64,000 nucleotides of DNA, from assembly GCA_900553955.1 (NCBI GenBank), contig USFO01000001.1, positions 7,530-71,529 of the forward strand, read 5' to 3'. Below are positions 37,298 to 49,333 of the stretch, piece after piece (positions within the stretch are counted from its first letter, which is position 1; each line of letters begins with the position of its first letter). The position numbers and the translations under genes are program-made. The notes beneath the pieces are model-generated. The model worked only from the letters and a program-made list of their open reading frames with translations. It was not told where the DNA came from and made no database searches. The stretch comes from an uncultured Oscillospiraceae bacterium. Its GTDB lineage: Bacteria; Bacillota; Clostridia; Oscillospirales; Ruminococcaceae.

Positions 37298-37544
37298 AGG
37301 TTTCCTCCTTTCTTCAGTTTTTACCGTTTGGGCATGGTTGTCCCCAAAGCAGGAACTACCAATTTCAAATTATAGCATTCTTTCTGCCCGGTGTCAACAA
37401 AATTTTATGTAGGTATTTCACAAAAATGAGGCTCCGGATTAGTGCAAAATGCCTAAACAAAGCGCATATTTTATCGACTCATGTTCATACAGCCGATGAA
37501 ATATCGCAACATTGCAAAAAATTTTATGCAAAAATGCAAGGAGG

Positions 37545-37585
37545 CATAAAATACCGGCTTTTCGCTTCCGAAAAGCCGGTATTAC
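37545..37585 (-). terminator. intrinsic terminator downstream of rpoC
   Basis: Perfect stem ataccggcttttcg / cgaaaagccggtat. Confidence 0.6.
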
Positions 37586-37610
37586 TTTAAATAAACGAAT
37601 AATAAAGATA

Positions 37611-40600
37611 TTATTCTTTAGCAGCGGAAGCTTCCTCCATGGCGCGCTCATACTCGCTGCCGTTGTCAAGGGGCTTTATTTCCGGCATGGTTGCGGAATA
37701 GGTTGCATTGTTATAGCACTCCATGCCGGTACCTGCGGGAACAAGCTTACCGATGATGACATTCTCTTTAAGTCCGAGCAGGCGGTCGGTTTTGCCCTTA
37801 ATCGCCGCTTCGGTAAGAACACGGGTGGTTTCCTGGAAGGATGCGGCGGACATAAAGCTTTCTGTCGCAAGAGACGCTTTGGTGATACCAAGGAGCATCG
37901 GGATGTAGGTCGCTTCGCGCAGGCCGGTTTCTCCCTCTGCAATACGTCTTCTGATTTCTCTGTTTTCCGCGAACAGCTCGCCCTTTTCGACGGTCATACC
38001 GGAAAGCAGATGAGTATCGCCCTGGTCGTCGACCTTTACCTTCTTCATCATCTGGCGAACGATAACCTCGATGTGCTTATCGTTGATGTCAACACCTTGG
38101 AGGCGGTAAACCTTCTGAACCTCGGCGATAAGGTAGTCCTGAACGGCAAGAGCGCCGTTGATGTCGAGATACTTATGCGGGTTGACGGAGCCTTCGGTGA
38201 GGAGGGAGCCTGCCTTTACCCTGTCGCCTTCCTTTACGCAGGGATGGCTGCCGTAGGTGATAAGATATTTGCGTTCGTCGCCGGTTTCCTTATTGTAAAT
38301 AACGATATGGCGGTTCTTCTTGATTTCCTCAATACGAACCTCGCCGTCGATTTCGGAGATAATGGCTTCGCGCTTGGGATTTCTTGCCTCAAACAGCTCC
38401 TCAACACGGGGAAGACCCTGTGTAATATCCTCTGCGGAAGCGATACCGCCGGTATGGAAGGTACGCATGGTAAGCTGAGTACCGGGTTCGCCTATGGACT
38501 GCGCCGCGATTACGCCGACGGCCTCGCCGACGGAAACAGGCTTGCCGTTGGCAAGGTTCATGCCGTAGCACTTGGCGCAAACGCCCTGTTTCGCTTCGCA
38601 GTTAAGAATGGTTCTGATTTTGACGGAGGTGATGCCGGCCTCTTTGACGCGCTTCGCATCCACATCGTCCATCATCTTGTCTTTGCTTACGATAATCTCG
38701 CCGGTGGTCGGATCCACAATGTCTTCGACGGCGTAACGTCCCACAAGACGCTCGGTCATCGGCTCGATCATTTCTCCGCCCTCTTTGATGTCGCAAACCA
38801 CAATGCCCTCGTGAGTTCCGCAGTCCTGCTCACGGATGATAACATCCTGAGAAACGTCAACAAGACGTCTGGTAAGGTAACCGGAGTCTGCGGTACGAAG
38901 TGCGGTATCCGCCAAGCCCTTACGAGCGCCACGGCTGGATATGAAGTATTCGAGTATGTTAAGACCCTCACGATAGTTTGCACGAATAGGAATTTCTATG
39001 GCTTTACCGGAGGTGTTGGCGATAAGTCCGCGCATACCCGCAAGCTGACGAATCTGGTTCATGGAGCCACGAGCACCGGAGTCCGCCATCATGAAGATTG
39101 GGTTATATTTGTCAAGGTTGTCTTTCAGTGCGTCGGCAACCTTATCGGTGGTTTCGTTCCAGGTGGCGATTACCTTCTTGTAGCGTTCCTCGTTGGACAT
39201 AAGACCGCGGCGGTACTGCTTGGTGATGGTATCGACCTTTTTTTCTGCTTCCTGAAGAAGCTCATATTTCTTCGGAGGAATTACGGCGTCGCTTACGGAG
39301 ACGGTGATTGCGCTCTTGGTGGAATATTTGAAGCCCTGAGCCTTAACTCTGTCGAGCACCTGACCGGTGATTGCGGTTCCGTGCTTCTTTACGCAGCGGT
39401 CGATAATCTGACCGAGCTGCTTTTTGCCCACAAGGAAGTCGATTTCAAGGTCGAATTCGTGCTCGGGGTCGGTTCTGTCAACATAGCCGAGATCCTGAGG
39501 AATGGGCATATTGAAAATGGTTTTACCCACGGTGGTGCGAATGATTTTGCTGCGCTTGGTTCCGTCCTCGTCGGTTTTCTCCATACGAATGAATATCGGA
39601 GCGTGAAGACCCACAACGCCTGCGGAATATGCCATAATGGCCTCGTTTACATCGCGGAACACCTTGCCCTCGCCCTCTTCGTAGCCGGGCTTTTCGAGGG
39701 TAAGATAGTAGGAGCCGAGCACCATGTCCTGAGTAGGAACGGTAACGGGCTTGCCGTCGGAGGGCTTGAGCAGGTTGTTCGCGGCAAGCATAAGGAATCT
39801 TGCCTCTGCCTGAGCCTCGGTGGAAAGCGGAACATGAACTGCCATCTGGTCGCCGTCGAAGTCCGCGTTGTATGCGGTACAGGCAAGAGGATGCAGCTTC
39901 AGCGCTCTGCCCTCTACCAATACGGGTTCAAAAGCCTGAATACCGAGTCTGTGAAGCGTAGGAGCACGGTTGAGCATAACCGGGTGGTCTTTAATGACGA
40001 TTTCGAGAGCGTCCCAAACCTCCGGGCGTGCTCTTTCCACCATTTTTCTTGCGTTCTTGATGTTGGTGGCTGCGCCCACGTCCACAAGGCGCTTCATTAC
40101 GAAGGGCTTGAAGAGCTCCAGCGCCATTTCCTTAGGAAGACCGCACTGGCTCATTTTAAGCTCCGGTCCTACGACGATAACGGAACGGCCGGAGTAGTCG
40201 ACGCGCTTACCGAGAAGGTTCTGACGGAAACGGCCCTGTTTCCCCTTGAGCATATCGGAAAGGGATTTGAGCGGTCTGTTGTTGGGGCCGGTGACGGGTC
40301 TGCCGCGGCGGCCGTTGTCAATAAGTGCGTCCACCGCTTCCTGGAGCATACGCTTTTCGTTGCGGACAATGATGTCCGGCGCGCCCAGCTCAAGAAGTCT
40401 GGTAAGGCGGTTATTTCTGTTGATAACTCGTCTGTAAAGGTCGTTGAGGTCGGAGGTGGCAAATCTGCCGCCGTCGAGCTGCACCATAGGACGAATATCC
40501 GGAGGAATTACCGGCACAACATCGAGAATCATCCATTCGGGGCGGTTGCCGGAGAGACGGAACGCCTCTGCAACCTCAAGGCGCTTGAGCAGGCGCACAC

Positions 40601-41204
40601 GCTTCTGTCCGGAAGCGTTTTCAAGCTCCTCATGAAGCTCCTGAGAGAGCTTTTCAAGGTCAATATCCTTGAGAAGAAGCTGGATCGCCTCCGCACCCAT
40701 GCCGGCCTGGAAGTCCTCGCCGTATTTTTCGCGCATCTCTCTGTATTCCTTTTCGGAAAGGAGCTGTTTGTTCTCCAAAGAGGTGCTGCCCTTGTCGGTT
40801 ACAATGTAGCTTGCGAAGTAGAGAACCTTTTCCAGCAGTCTGGGGCTCATATCAAGGATAAGTCCCATTCTGGAGGGGGTTCCTTTGAAGTACCAGATAT
40901 GGGATACCGGCGCCGCAAGCTTGATGTGACCCATACGCTCGCGTCTTACCTTTGCTCTGGTGACTTCAACGCCGCAGCGCTCGCAGATCTTGCCCTTGAA
41001 GCGCAGGCGTTTGTATTTTCCGCAGTAGCACTCCCAGTCCTTGGTCGGTCCAAAGATTCTTTCGCAGAAAAGGCCGTCGCGCTCGGGCTTGAGTGTTCTG
41101 TAGTTTATCGTTTCGGGTTTCTTTACTTCACCGTAGGACCATTCAAGGATCTTTTCCGGTGAAGCAAGGCCGATTTTGATAGAATCAAAGGTGTTGAATT
41201 CCAT
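37611..41204 (-). CDS. rpoC: DNA-directed RNA polymerase subunit beta'
   Basis: Zn-finger [23 protein letters not shown] and catalytic [12 protein letters not shown]. Confidence 0.97.
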   Translation of the reverse strand: MEFNTFDSIKIGLASPEKILEWSYGEVKKPETINYRTLKPERDGLFCERIFGPTKDWECYCGKYKRLRFKGKICERCGVEVTRAKVRRERMGHIKLAAPVSHIWYFKGTPSRMGLILDMSPRLLEKVLYFASYIVTDKGSTSLENKQLLSEKEYREMREKYGEDFQAGMGAEAIQLLLKDIDLEKLSQELHEELENASGQKRVRLLKRLEVAEAFRLSGNRPEWMILDVVPVIPPDIRPMVQLDGGRFATSDLNDLYRRVINRNNRLTRLLELGAPDIIVRNEKRMLQEAVDALIDNGRRGRPVTGPNNRPLKSLSDMLKGKQGRFRQNLLGKRVDYSGRSVIVVGPELKMSQCGLPKEMALELFKPFVMKRLVDVGAATNIKNARKMVERARPEVWDALEIVIKDHPVMLNRAPTLHRLGIQAFEPVLVEGRALKLHPLACTAYNADFDGDQMAVHVPLSTEAQAEARFLMLAANNLLKPSDGKPVTVPTQDMVLGSYYLTLEKPGYEEGEGKVFRDVNEAIMAYSAGVVGLHAPIFIRMEKTDEDGTKRSKIIRTTVGKTIFNMPIPQDLGYVDRTDPEHEFDLEIDFLVGKKQLGQIIDRCVKKHGTAITGQVLDRVKAQGFKYSTKSAITVSVSDAVIPPKKYELLQEAEKKVDTITKQYRRGLMSNEERYKKVIATWNETTDKVADALKDNLDKYNPIFMMADSGARGSMNQIRQLAGMRGLIANTSGKAIEIPIRANYREGLNILEYFISSRGARKGLADTALRTADSGYLTRRLVDVSQDVIIREQDCGTHEGIVVCDIKEGGEMIEPMTERLVGRYAVEDIVDPTTGEIIVSKDKMMDDVDAKRVKEAGITSVKIRTILNCEAKQGVCAKCYGMNLANGKPVSVGEAVGVIAAQSIGEPGTQLTMRTFHTGGIASAEDITQGLPRVEELFEARNPKREAIISEIDGEVRIEEIKKNRHIVIYNKETGDERKYLITYGSHPCVKEGDRVKAGSLLTEGSVNPHKYLDINGALAVQDYLIAEVQKVYRLQGVDINDKHIEVIVRQMMKKVKVDDQGDTHLLSGMTVEKGELFAENREIRRRIAEGETGLREATYIPMLLGITKASLATESFMSAASFQETTRVLTEAAIKGKTDRLLGLKENVIIGKLVPAGTGMECYNNATYSATMPEIKPLDNGSEYERAMEEASAAKE

Positions 41205-41222
41205 TATTTGCAGCCCTCCCCA

Positions 41223-44200
41223 TTACATTTCATCATCGTCATCGGAACCGAAATCAAAAGACATATCGTTAAAGAGATCGGACATTCCGTCGTCCTCTTC
41301 TTCATCTGCATCTTTGACCTGGTATCCGTCGAAGTCGCCCTCGTAAGCAACATTTTCTTCGTCGAAGTTAATATTCTCGTTGCCGGGGATAAGACCCGCA
41401 TCTTCGTCGTCGAAGTTCTGCTTAAGATCGATTTCTTCGTTGTTTTTATCAAGCACCTTGATGTCAAGACCAAGGGACTGAAGCTCTTTAATAAGCACCT
41501 TGAAGGATTCCGGAATACCTGCCGGCGGAACATTCTGACCTTTAACAATGGATTCAAAGGTCTTTACACGGCCGACAACGTCATCGGACTTGACGGTAAG
41601 GATTTCCTGAAGCGTATAGGCTGCGCCGTAAGCCTCAAGAGCCCAAACCTCCATTTCACCGAAACGCTGACCGCCGAACTGAGCTTTACCGCCGAGAGGC
41701 TGCTGAGTAACAAGGCTGTATGGACCGGTGGAACGGGCGTGGATTTTATCGTCAACAAGGTGGTGAAGTTTAAGGTAGTACATGTAACCAACGGTTACGG
41801 GGTTATCGAAGAGCTCGCCGGTACGACCGTCGCGGAGCTGAACCTTGCCGCTTTCGTCAAGGCCTGCCTGTGTGAGCAGCTCGCGGATATCGCCCTCGTG
41901 CGCACCGTCGAAAACAGGGGTCATAACATGCCAGCCAAGCTCTGCGGCGGCTCTGCCGAGGTGAACCTCAAGCACCTGACCGATGTTCATACGGGACGGA
42001 ACGCCAAGGGGGTTAAGGAGAATATCCAGCGGTCTGCCGTCCGGAAGGAACGGCATATCTTCCTGAGGAAGAATTCTGGAAACAACACCCTTGTTACCGT
42101 GACGACCCGCCATTTTATCACCGACGGAAAGCTTTCTCTTCTGTGCGATGTAGCAGCGAACGACCTGGTTTACGCCGGGAGCAAGCTCGTCGCAGTTCTC
42201 TCTGGTGAACACCTGAACGTCAACGATTATGCCGTATTCGCCATGGGGAACGCGCAGGGAGGTATCACGAACCTCTCTTGCCTTTTCACCGAAGATTGCA
42301 CGAAGCAGTCTTTCCTCTGCGGTAAGCTCGGTTTCGCCCTTCGGGGTGACCTTACCGACAAGGATGTCTCCGGCACGAACCTCCGCGCCGACGCGGATAA
42401 TGCCGCGCTCGTCAAGCTCGCGGAGGGCATCGTCACCCACGTTAGGAATATCGCGGGTGATTTCTTCCGGGCCGAGTTTAGTGTCACGGGATTCAAGCTC
42501 GTATTCCTCAATATGAACGGAAGTGAAGGTATCCTCTTTAACAAGCTTTTCGTTGATAAGAACGGCGTCCTCGTAGTTATAGCCTTCCCAAGTCATAAAG
42601 CCGATGAGCATATTCTTACCAAGGGAAACCTCTCCCTCGCAGGTGGCGGGGCCGTCGCAGATTACCTGACCCTTTTCAACATGCTCGCCCTTGCAAACTA
42701 TGGGGCGCTGGTTTACGCAGGTTCCCTGGTTGGAACGAAGGAACTTGATGATTTTGTATTCGTCGCTTTCGCCGTTGTCGTCGCGCTTAATAACAACTCT
42801 TGCGGCGTCGACCTTAGTAACGGTGCCTGCATGCTCCGCAAGAACGGTTACGCCGGAGTCGACGGCGGCTTTGTACTCCATACCGGTGCCGACGAAGGGT
42901 CTTTCGGTTTTAAGCAGCGGAACCGCCTGCTTCTGCATGTTGGAGCCCATCAGAGCACGGTTTGCGTCGTCGTTTTCAAGGAATGGAATCATTGCGGTGG
43001 CGACGGAAACAACCATTTTAGGAGAAACGTCCATGTAGTCGACCTTTGCGGCATCGACTTCGATGAATTCGTCCTTATAACGGCAGGTTACCTTCGGCAC
43101 TGCGAAGTGATTGTTCTCATCAAGAGGGGTGTTTGCCTGAGCAACGATGTAATCATCCTCGGTATCCGCGGTCATGTACTCGATTTCGTCAAGTACAACG
43201 CCGGTTTCTTTATCAACCTTGCGGAAAGGCGCTTCGATAAAGCCGTATTTGTTTATTTTTGCATAAGTTGCAAGGTAGGAGATAAGTCCGATGTTAGGAC
43301 CTTCGGGAGTTTCGATAGGGCACATACGGCCGTAGTGGCTGTAATGTACGTCACGAACTTCGAATCCTGCGCGGTCACGGGAAAGACCGCCGGGGCCGAG
43401 AGCGGACAGACGACGCTTATGGGTAAGCTCGGAAAGCGGGTTAGTCTGATCCATGAACTGAGAAAGCGGAGAAGAACCGAAGAACTCTTTGATGGCTGCA
43501 ACAACCGGACGGATGTTTACAAGTCCTTGAGGAGTGATTGCTTCGGCGTCCTGCGCCTGAATGGTCATGCGCTCGCGGATAACTCTTTCAACTCTGGAAA
43601 AACCGATGCGGAACTGGTTCTGGAGCAGCTCGCCCACGCATCTGATACGGCGGTTGCCGAGGTGGTCGATGTCGTCGGTGCAGCCGATACCCCAGTAAAG
43701 GTTGCACATATAGTTGATAGAGGAGAAAATATCGTCGATGATGATGTGTTTAGGAATGAGTTCATCCACGTTTTCTTTGATAAGTGAAACGAGGAGTTCT
43801 TTGTCGTCGCCGGCCTTTTCGGCAATGTCGGTGATAACGGAAAAACGTACTTTTTCGTTGATGAAGAGCTCTTCGAGCTCCTTTTTGGAAAGGTCAACAT
43901 AGTCTTCGGCATCAACCATGTTGTTGGAAATAACTTTTATTGCGTGACCGTCAATATCAACCTTAACTTCGCGCACGCCTTTTTTATCCATAAGGGCTGC
44001 GTCCGCTCTGGAAACGGTTGCGCCGGCATCAAACAAAACTTCGCCGGTGAGGGGATCCGCAACCGGCTCAGCAAGGGTAAGGCCTGCAATTCTTCTTTCA
44101 AGAGCAAGCTTTTTGTTGTATTTATAGCGGCCGACTCTGGAAATGTCGTATCTTCTTGCGTCGAAGAACAGGTTATGAAGATGCTGCTCACTGGTTTCCA

Positions 44201-44963
44201 CCGTGGGCGGCTCACCGGGACGAAGCTTGCGGTAAACTTCAAGCAGGGCTTCCTCTCTGGATTTGGTGCTGTCCTTTTCAATGGTTGCGACTATCATGGG
44301 CTCTTCGCCGAAGTAGTCGAGAATTTGTTCGTCGGAACCGAGTCCCAATGCTCTGATAAAGGTAGTAACCGGCAGCTTGCGGTTTTTATCGATTCTTACG
44401 CCGAAGACATCGTTAAGGTCGCTTTCATATTCAAGCCAAGCGCCGCGGTTAGGAATGATAGTGCTGGCAAAAAGCTTTTTGCCGGTTTTATCATAGTTCA
44501 TCGCATAATAAACGCCCGGGGAACGAACAAGCTGGGAGACAATAACACGTTCCGCACCGTTGATAACAAAGGTGCCGGAAGGAGTCATAATCGGGAAGTC
44601 ACCCATAAAGATGTCCTGTTCCTTAATTTCGCCGGTTTCCTTATTCTGCAGGCGCGCTCTTACGCGAAGCGGTGCAGCATAGGTTACGTCACGCTCTTTG
44701 CATTCCTCGATGGTATATTTGGGCTTATCCTCGATATGATAATCAATGAAGTCCAAAACCAGGTTGCCGGAATAATCCGTGATGGCCGAAACATCGCGGA
44801 AAACTTCCTGCAGTCCTTCCTCAAGGAACCACTTATACGAGTCCTTCTGAACCTCGATGAGGTTGGGCATATCCAGAACCTCATTGATTTTGGAAAAACT
44901 CATGCGGACATTTTTGCCGAGCCGGACAGGTTTTACGTTTACCAAATAGCTCACTCCATTCAT
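41223..44963 (-). CDS. rpoB: DNA-directed RNA polymerase subunit beta
   Basis: Conserved beta-subunit blocks (e.g. [13 protein letters not shown]). Confidence 0.97.
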   Translation of the reverse strand: MNGVSYLVNVKPVRLGKNVRMSFSKINEVLDMPNLIEVQKDSYKWFLEEGLQEVFRDVSAITDYSGNLVLDFIDYHIEDKPKYTIEECKERDVTYAAPLRVRARLQNKETGEIKEQDIFMGDFPIMTPSGTFVINGAERVIVSQLVRSPGVYYAMNYDKTGKKLFASTIIPNRGAWLEYESDLNDVFGVRIDKNRKLPVTTFIRALGLGSDEQILDYFGEEPMIVATIEKDSTKSREEALLEVYRKLRPGEPPTVETSEQHLHNLFFDARRYDISRVGRYKYNKKLALERRIAGLTLAEPVADPLTGEVLFDAGATVSRADAALMDKKGVREVKVDIDGHAIKVISNNMVDAEDYVDLSKKELEELFINEKVRFSVITDIAEKAGDDKELLVSLIKENVDELIPKHIIIDDIFSSINYMCNLYWGIGCTDDIDHLGNRRIRCVGELLQNQFRIGFSRVERVIRERMTIQAQDAEAITPQGLVNIRPVVAAIKEFFGSSPLSQFMDQTNPLSELTHKRRLSALGPGGLSRDRAGFEVRDVHYSHYGRMCPIETPEGPNIGLISYLATYAKINKYGFIEAPFRKVDKETGVVLDEIEYMTADTEDDYIVAQANTPLDENNHFAVPKVTCRYKDEFIEVDAAKVDYMDVSPKMVVSVATAMIPFLENDDANRALMGSNMQKQAVPLLKTERPFVGTGMEYKAAVDSGVTVLAEHAGTVTKVDAARVVIKRDDNGESDEYKIIKFLRSNQGTCVNQRPIVCKGEHVEKGQVICDGPATCEGEVSLGKNMLIGFMTWEGYNYEDAVLINEKLVKEDTFTSVHIEEYELESRDTKLGPEEITRDIPNVGDDALRELDERGIIRVGAEVRAGDILVGKVTPKGETELTAEERLLRAIFGEKAREVRDTSLRVPHGEYGIIVDVQVFTRENCDELAPGVNQVVRCYIAQKRKLSVGDKMAGRHGNKGVVSRILPQEDMPFLPDGRPLDILLNPLGVPSRMNIGQVLEVHLGRAAAELGWHVMTPVFDGAHEGDIRELLTQAGLDESGKVQLRDGRTGELFDNPVTVGYMYYLKLHHLVDDKIHARSTGPYSLVTQQPLGGKAQFGGQRFGEMEVWALEAYGAAYTLQEILTVKSDDVVGRVKTFESIVKGQNVPPAGIPESFKVLIKELQSLGLDIKVLDKNNEEIDLKQNFDDEDAGLIPGNENINFDEENVAYEGDFDGYQVKDADEEEDDGMSDLFNDMSFDFGSDDDDEM

Positions 44964-45339
44964 CCGTATTTACGTCGTTTTATTTTTTAGCCTGAAACAC
45001 TTGCATTTTAACAAAAAGTGTGGTATAGTATATTTAGTTAACGGTACAAGTGTCCATTCTGATACATTCTATAAGTATAATGCAGTTGTCAAGCGGTGTC
45101 AAGTCCTTTTCGGGCTTTGGCGCTATTTTTTTATAATTTTTTAATTACATTATATAAATCACCCTTTTCGGGCTTATGCGCTTGCATTTTTACTAATTAT
45201 TGGATTATTTCTCCTTCGGTATTCGCTTGGTAAAAATGCTGTTCTCGGGGTGATTTTGCCTTCAAAAAGCCTCAAATTTGAATATTATTATCCACGGTTC
45301 CGAGTGTTTCTGCTTATAAAAAAGGGTTGTTCCTCTTAA

Positions 45340-45388
45340 AAAATACGAAAATCCTCTGCGTTTTCTCAAAGCGCAGAGGATTTTTTTG
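45340..45388 (-). terminator. bidirectional intrinsic terminator at the 3' end of the aro operon
   Basis: Stem atcctctgcg / cgcagaggat with T-rich flanks on both strands. Confidence 0.65.
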
Positions 45389-45425
45389 TTTATACTCACA
45401 AAAGCCGCACCGAATTTCGGCTTGC

Positions 45426-46451
45426 TCAAAGCCTTTCCGCAATATCGTAAATCAGTCTTTCGGTCTTTTCCCATCCAAGGCAGGGGTCGGTGATTGAACA
45501 GCCGAAAACGCCGCCGCTTTCATCCTGAGCGCCGTCAACAAGGTAGCTTTCGGTCATAATCCCCTTGACAAGCCTTCTGAGCACCGGGTCCCGGCGGCTT
45601 TCAATCACATCGAGGGCGATTTCCGGCTGAAGAAAGCAGTTTTTTCCAGAATTTGCGTGGTTCGTATCAACTATAATCGACGGATTTTCAAGGTCTCTTT
45701 CCTCGTAAAGCTCCGCGATTTTCAGTAAATCGTCATAACGGTAATTTCCGCGGCAGCTGCCGTCCCGCTCCGTATATCCGCGCAGAACGCAGTGTGCAAG
45801 GGGGTTCCCGGCGCTTTCAACCTCCCAGCCCCGATAGATAAACCTGTGAGACGACTGCGCCGCATGAACCGCGTTGAGCATGGCGGCGGGGTCGCCCCCG
45901 GTGGGGTTTTTCATGCCCACGGGAATATCAAGCCCGCTTGCGGTAAGGCGGTGCTGCTGATCCTCCACGGAGCGTGCGCCCACCGCCACATAGCTGAGCA
46001 AATCCGAGAGGTAGCGGTGATTTTCCGTGTAAAGCAGCTCATCCGCACAGGAAAAGCCCGTTTCCGCAAGGGCGCGCAGGTGAAATTCCCGCACGGCGGC
46101 AACGCCCCTGAAAATATCCGGCGCTTCGTTCGGGTTCGGCTGATGAATAAAGCCCATATAGCCGTCCCCGGCGGAGCGCGGCTTGCAGGTATAGAGCCTT
46201 GGCAGAACGAAAAGCTTCTCCGAAACCTCGTCGGAAATTCGGCGCAGGCGGCGAAGATATTCCATCACCGGCTCCTCCCTGTCCGCCGAGCAGGGGCCTA
46301 TTATCAGCAGAAGCTTGTCGGATTTTCCCGTAAAAATTCGGCGAATTTCCTCGTCCCGCTCCGCTTTTACCGCCGCCAAAGCCGTGCTCACCGGCATTTC
46401 CGTTTTAAGCTCCAGCGGAATGGGCAGCTTTCTTATAAAATTCATATTCAA
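45426..46451 (-). CDS. aroG: 3-deoxy-7-phosphoheptulonate (DAHP) synthase
   Basis: Class I DAHP synthase pattern (LLLIIGPCSADREE, KPRS..GYMG). Confidence 0.8.
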   Translation of the reverse strand: MNMNFIRKLPIPLELKTEMPVSTALAAVKAERDEEIRRIFTGKSDKLLLIIGPCSADREEPVMEYLRRLRRISDEVSEKLFVLPRLYTCKPRSAGDGYMGFIHQPNPNEAPDIFRGVAAVREFHLRALAETGFSCADELLYTENHRYLSDLLSYVAVGARSVEDQQHRLTASGLDIPVGMKNPTGGDPAAMLNAVHAAQSSHRFIYRGWEVESAGNPLAHCVLRGYTERDGSCRGNYRYDDLLKIAELYEERDLENPSIIVDTNHANSGKNCFLQPEIALDVIESRRDPVLRRLVKGIMTESYLVDGAQDESGGVFGCSITDPCLGWEKTERLIYDIAERL

Positions 46452-47659
46452 ATAATATCACCGCTTTCAGCTTCAAAGCCGAGGCTTTTCATTGTGTCAA
46501 AAAAGTTCGGGCAGCTTTTGCGAACCGCCTCCCCTTTGGAAATCGTTCCGCCAAACGCCGTGCAGAGCACCGCCAGCGCCATGGCAATTCTGTGGTCGTC
46601 GTGGGAATCGAGCTTTTCCTCCGGGGGATGCAGCCCGCCGTCGGAAACGGCAACAAAGTTTTCCCCGATTTCAAGCGTTGCGCCGAATTTCGCAAGCTCC
46701 TCCGCCATGGCGGCGGCGCGGCTGCTCTCCTTATAGGCAAGGCGGCGCGTTCCGGTAAACAAGGCTCCGTTTTTCGCCGCCGCAACCGCAAAGAGCACCG
46801 GCGCCAAATCCGGACAGGCGCTTATATCAATGCTCGGACGCCCGGCACAGAGCAAAGGAAAAAAATCCTCGTAGGCTCTGTCCCCTTGGAGGCTGTCCGG
46901 GTCAAGTCCGGCTATCTCTATCTCCGAACCGAAGCAGTTCATGGCGGCAAAAAAAGCCGCGTTGGAATAATCCCCGGGGACAAGAACCTTCGCCGGACGA
47001 AGCTTTCCGCAGCCGGGAATTTTAATCAGCCTTTCGCCCTCCCACCCGGCGGAAATTCCGAAGCGGCGCAGAGCGTAAAGGGTCATATCTATGTAGTTTT
47101 TACTCTCAATTCGGGTTGTAAATTCAATGCGGCTTTCGCCCTCCAACAGCGGCAGCGCGAACAGAAGCCCGCTTGCAAACTGGCTCGAAACATCTCCGGG
47201 GATGCTGTATTTCCCGGCGGGGAGCTTCCCTTTCACGGTAAGGCTGTTTTCTCCGCGGACAAATTCAATTCCCCGCCCGGCGCAGATTTCCTCGTAAACG
47301 CCGAGGGGGCGTTCAAAAAGCCGGGGCGTTCCTGTAAAAGTTATCTCTTTTCCGGAGGCGATTGCCGCGGGAATAAGAAACCTCAGCACCGCGCCGGAGG
47401 CTCCGCAGTCCGCAACTGCGCCGTCCCTCGGGGCTATTTCTCCCCGAACCTCTGCGACGCTTCCGTTTACTTCGATCTCCGCTCCCAGTGCCCGCAGACA
47501 GCGGAGAGCGGCGGTCACATCCTCGGAGAGGGCTATATTTTCGATTTTGCTCGTTCCCTGCGCCAGCGCTCCGCATATTAGGAAGCGCTGCGCCATGCTT
47601 TTTGATGGCGGCGCGGTGATTTTCCCCCGCACCCTGCCGGGCTTTATTGTGACTTCCAT
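46448..47659 (-). CDS. aroA: 3-phosphoshikimate 1-carboxyvinyltransferase (EPSP synthase)
   Basis: MEVTIKPGRVRGKITAPPSKSMAQRFLICGALAQG... Confidence 0.9.
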   Translation of the reverse strand: MEVTIKPGRVRGKITAPPSKSMAQRFLICGALAQGTSKIENIALSEDVTAALRCLRALGAEIEVNGSVAEVRGEIAPRDGAVADCGASGAVLRFLIPAAIASGKEITFTGTPRLFERPLGVYEEICAGRGIEFVRGENSLTVKGKLPAGKYSIPGDVSSQFASGLLFALPLLEGESRIEFTTRIESKNYIDMTLYALRRFGISAGWEGERLIKIPGCGKLRPAKVLVPGDYSNAAFFAAMNCFGSEIEIAGLDPDSLQGDRAYEDFFPLLCAGRPSIDISACPDLAPVLFAVAAAKNGALFTGTRRLAYKESSRAAAMAEELAKFGATLEIGENFVAVSDGGLHPPEEKLDSHDDHRIAMALAVLCTAFGGTISKGEAVRKSCPNFFDTMKSLGFEAESGDII

Positions 47660-47663
47660 ACCG

Positions 47664-48098
47664 TTATCCTCTCAGGCGGTTTTGCAGTATTTCCATGGCT
47701 TCCTCGTACCCCGAAACGCCTTTTCCCGCTACAGAAGCCACGCAGACCGGGCGAAGAAAGTTCACCCGCCGAAAATCCTCCCGCGCGTCCGGGTCGGAAA
47801 TATGCACCTCCGCTGCGGGAATTCCCACTGCGCGGAGCGCGTCGGGAATGGCTATGCTCGTATGGGTATAGGCGGCGGCGTTTATGATTATTCCGTCAAA
47901 AACGCCGTATGCAGACTGGATTTTATCCACTATGGCGCCCTCGTGGTTGCTTTGGAAGAGCTCCGCATGAATGCCGAGCTCCGTCGCCTTTTTCTCAAGG
48001 CGGGCGCAAAGCTCCTCGTAGGTGGTGCTGCCGTAGATTTCCGGCTCCCGCAATCCGAGCATATTCATATTCGGACCGTTCATAATAAGGATATTCAT
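47664..48098 (-). CDS. aroQ: type II 3-dehydroquinate dehydratase
   Basis: MNILIMNGPNMNMLGLREPEIYG... Confidence 0.9.
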   Translation of the reverse strand: MNILIMNGPNMNMLGLREPEIYGSTTYEELCARLEKKATELGIHAELFQSNHEGAIVDKIQSAYGVFDGIIINAAAYTHTSIAIPDALRAVGIPAAEVHISDPDAREDFRRVNFLRPVCVASVAGKGVSGYEEAMEILQNRLRG

Positions 48099-49333
48099 TT
48101 CAAAAAATCCTCCAAAACCGCGGCGGCGGTTTCTTCCGCGCCGCCGGTGACGGTTATTTTTGTGTCGCAGTATTTTTCATAGAGGGGCTTTCGTGCGGTG
48201 AAAAGCGCCGCAAGCTGCTCCGCCGTTTGAGAAAGCGGATGATTTTCGTCCGCAGAGAGCGCCTCAAGGGGTCTTTCGAGGTAGTACAGCCTGCCGTTTT
48301 TGCGAAGCGCCGCCATATTTTCTTCTCTGAGCACGGCTCCGCCTCCGGTGGCTATTACCGCGCCCCGCTGCTTTGAAAGCAGCGCTATGGCGCGGTGCTC
48401 AATCTTTCGGAAGGCGTTTTCGCCCCCCTCCGCGAAAATTCCGGGAACGCTTTTGCCCTCAAGCGCGGCGGCAAGCTCGTCGCTGTCGAAGAAGCTTTTT
48501 CCGAGTTTTTCGGCAATTATTCTCCCCACGGTGCTCTTGCCCGCCGTGGGCATACCGATGAGCACGATGTTCTCCTTTTGCCGCAGAACTGTTTTGTATG
48601 CGTGCTCGATTTTCTCCTGCGGTATGCTCCGCCCGGTGAAAAGCTCCGCTGCTGCGGCGGCCTGCGCCACCAACATGTATAGCCCGCCTGCGGCGGTGCT
48701 CGTTTCGCCCGCTTTGAGCACGAAGCTCGTTCTCAGTGGATTATATATCGCATCCACGGCGCCGCATAGATTCGGAAACATGGAAACATCTATGGGGATT
48801 TCCTCCGTATCCGGGTACATTCCCACCGGGGTGGTGTTGATGACAACCTCCGTCTGCGGCATTTTTGCCGCTTCCTCGTAGGAAATTTCGCCGTTTTTCG
48901 GCGTTCTGCTCACCTTGAGCACGGATTTTGCGTTAAAATGCCTGCAAACCGCCGCGGCGGTTTTGCTCGTGCCCCCGGTGCCTAGAATGAGCACGCTTCG
49001 GTGCTCAAGGCTTATTTTTTCGTGCTCAACTAACGCGCAAAGCCCGAAAAAATCCGTATTGTAACCGCAGAGCCTGCCGTTTCTGTTGATGATTGTATTC
49101 ACCGCGCCGATTTCCGCCGCCTCCGTGCTCACCTCATCCAGATATTTGAGCACGCTTTCCTTGTATGGCACGGTTACATTTATTCCGTGAAAATCACGGC
49201 GGCGGAAAAAGCCGTCAAGCTCATCCGGAGCAAGCTCAAAAAGCCCGTATTCGTAATCTCCGAACAAGCGGTGAATTTCCGGCGAAAAGCTGTGGCAAAG
49301 AGATTTGCCGATAAGTCCGTACTCCATGCTCAT
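48095..49333 (-). CDS. bifunctional shikimate dehydrogenase / shikimate kinase (AroE-AroK fusion)
   Basis: N-terminal shikimate DH (GLIGKSLCHSFSPEIH); C-terminal P-loop kinase (LIGMPTAGKSTVGRIIA). The ATG overlaps the aroC stop (ATGA). Confidence 0.8.
   Translation of the reverse strand: MSMEYGLIGKSLCHSFSPEIHRLFGDYEYGLFELAPDELDGFFRRRDFHGINVTVPYKESVLKYLDEVSTEAAEIGAVNTIINRNGRLCGYNTDFFGLCALVEHEKISLEHRSVLILGTGGTSKTAAAVCRHFNAKSVLKVSRTPKNGEISYEEAAKMPQTEVVINTTPVGMYPDTEEIPIDVSMFPNLCGAVDAIYNPLRTSFVLKAGETSTAAGGLYMLVAQAAAAAELFTGRSIPQEKIEHAYKTVLRQKENIVLIGMPTAGKSTVGRIIAEKLGKSFFDSDELAAALEGKSVPGIFAEGGENAFRKIEHRAIALLSKQRGAVIATGGGAVLREENMAALRKNGRLYYLERPLEALSADENHPLSQTAEQLAALFTARKPLYEKYCDTKITVTGGAEETAAAVLEDFLK

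Noticed and set aside
37512-43787. long plus-strand ORFs (37512-41162, 41208-43787, 43944-44990)
   Set aside because: They are antisense to rpoC and rpoB, artefacts of GC-rich codon usage in long genes.
44964-45425. possible tRNA or rplJ/rplL leader upstream of rpoB
   Set aside because: No cloverleaf-compatible sequence was found. The region contains promoter-like elements and the aro-operon terminator only.
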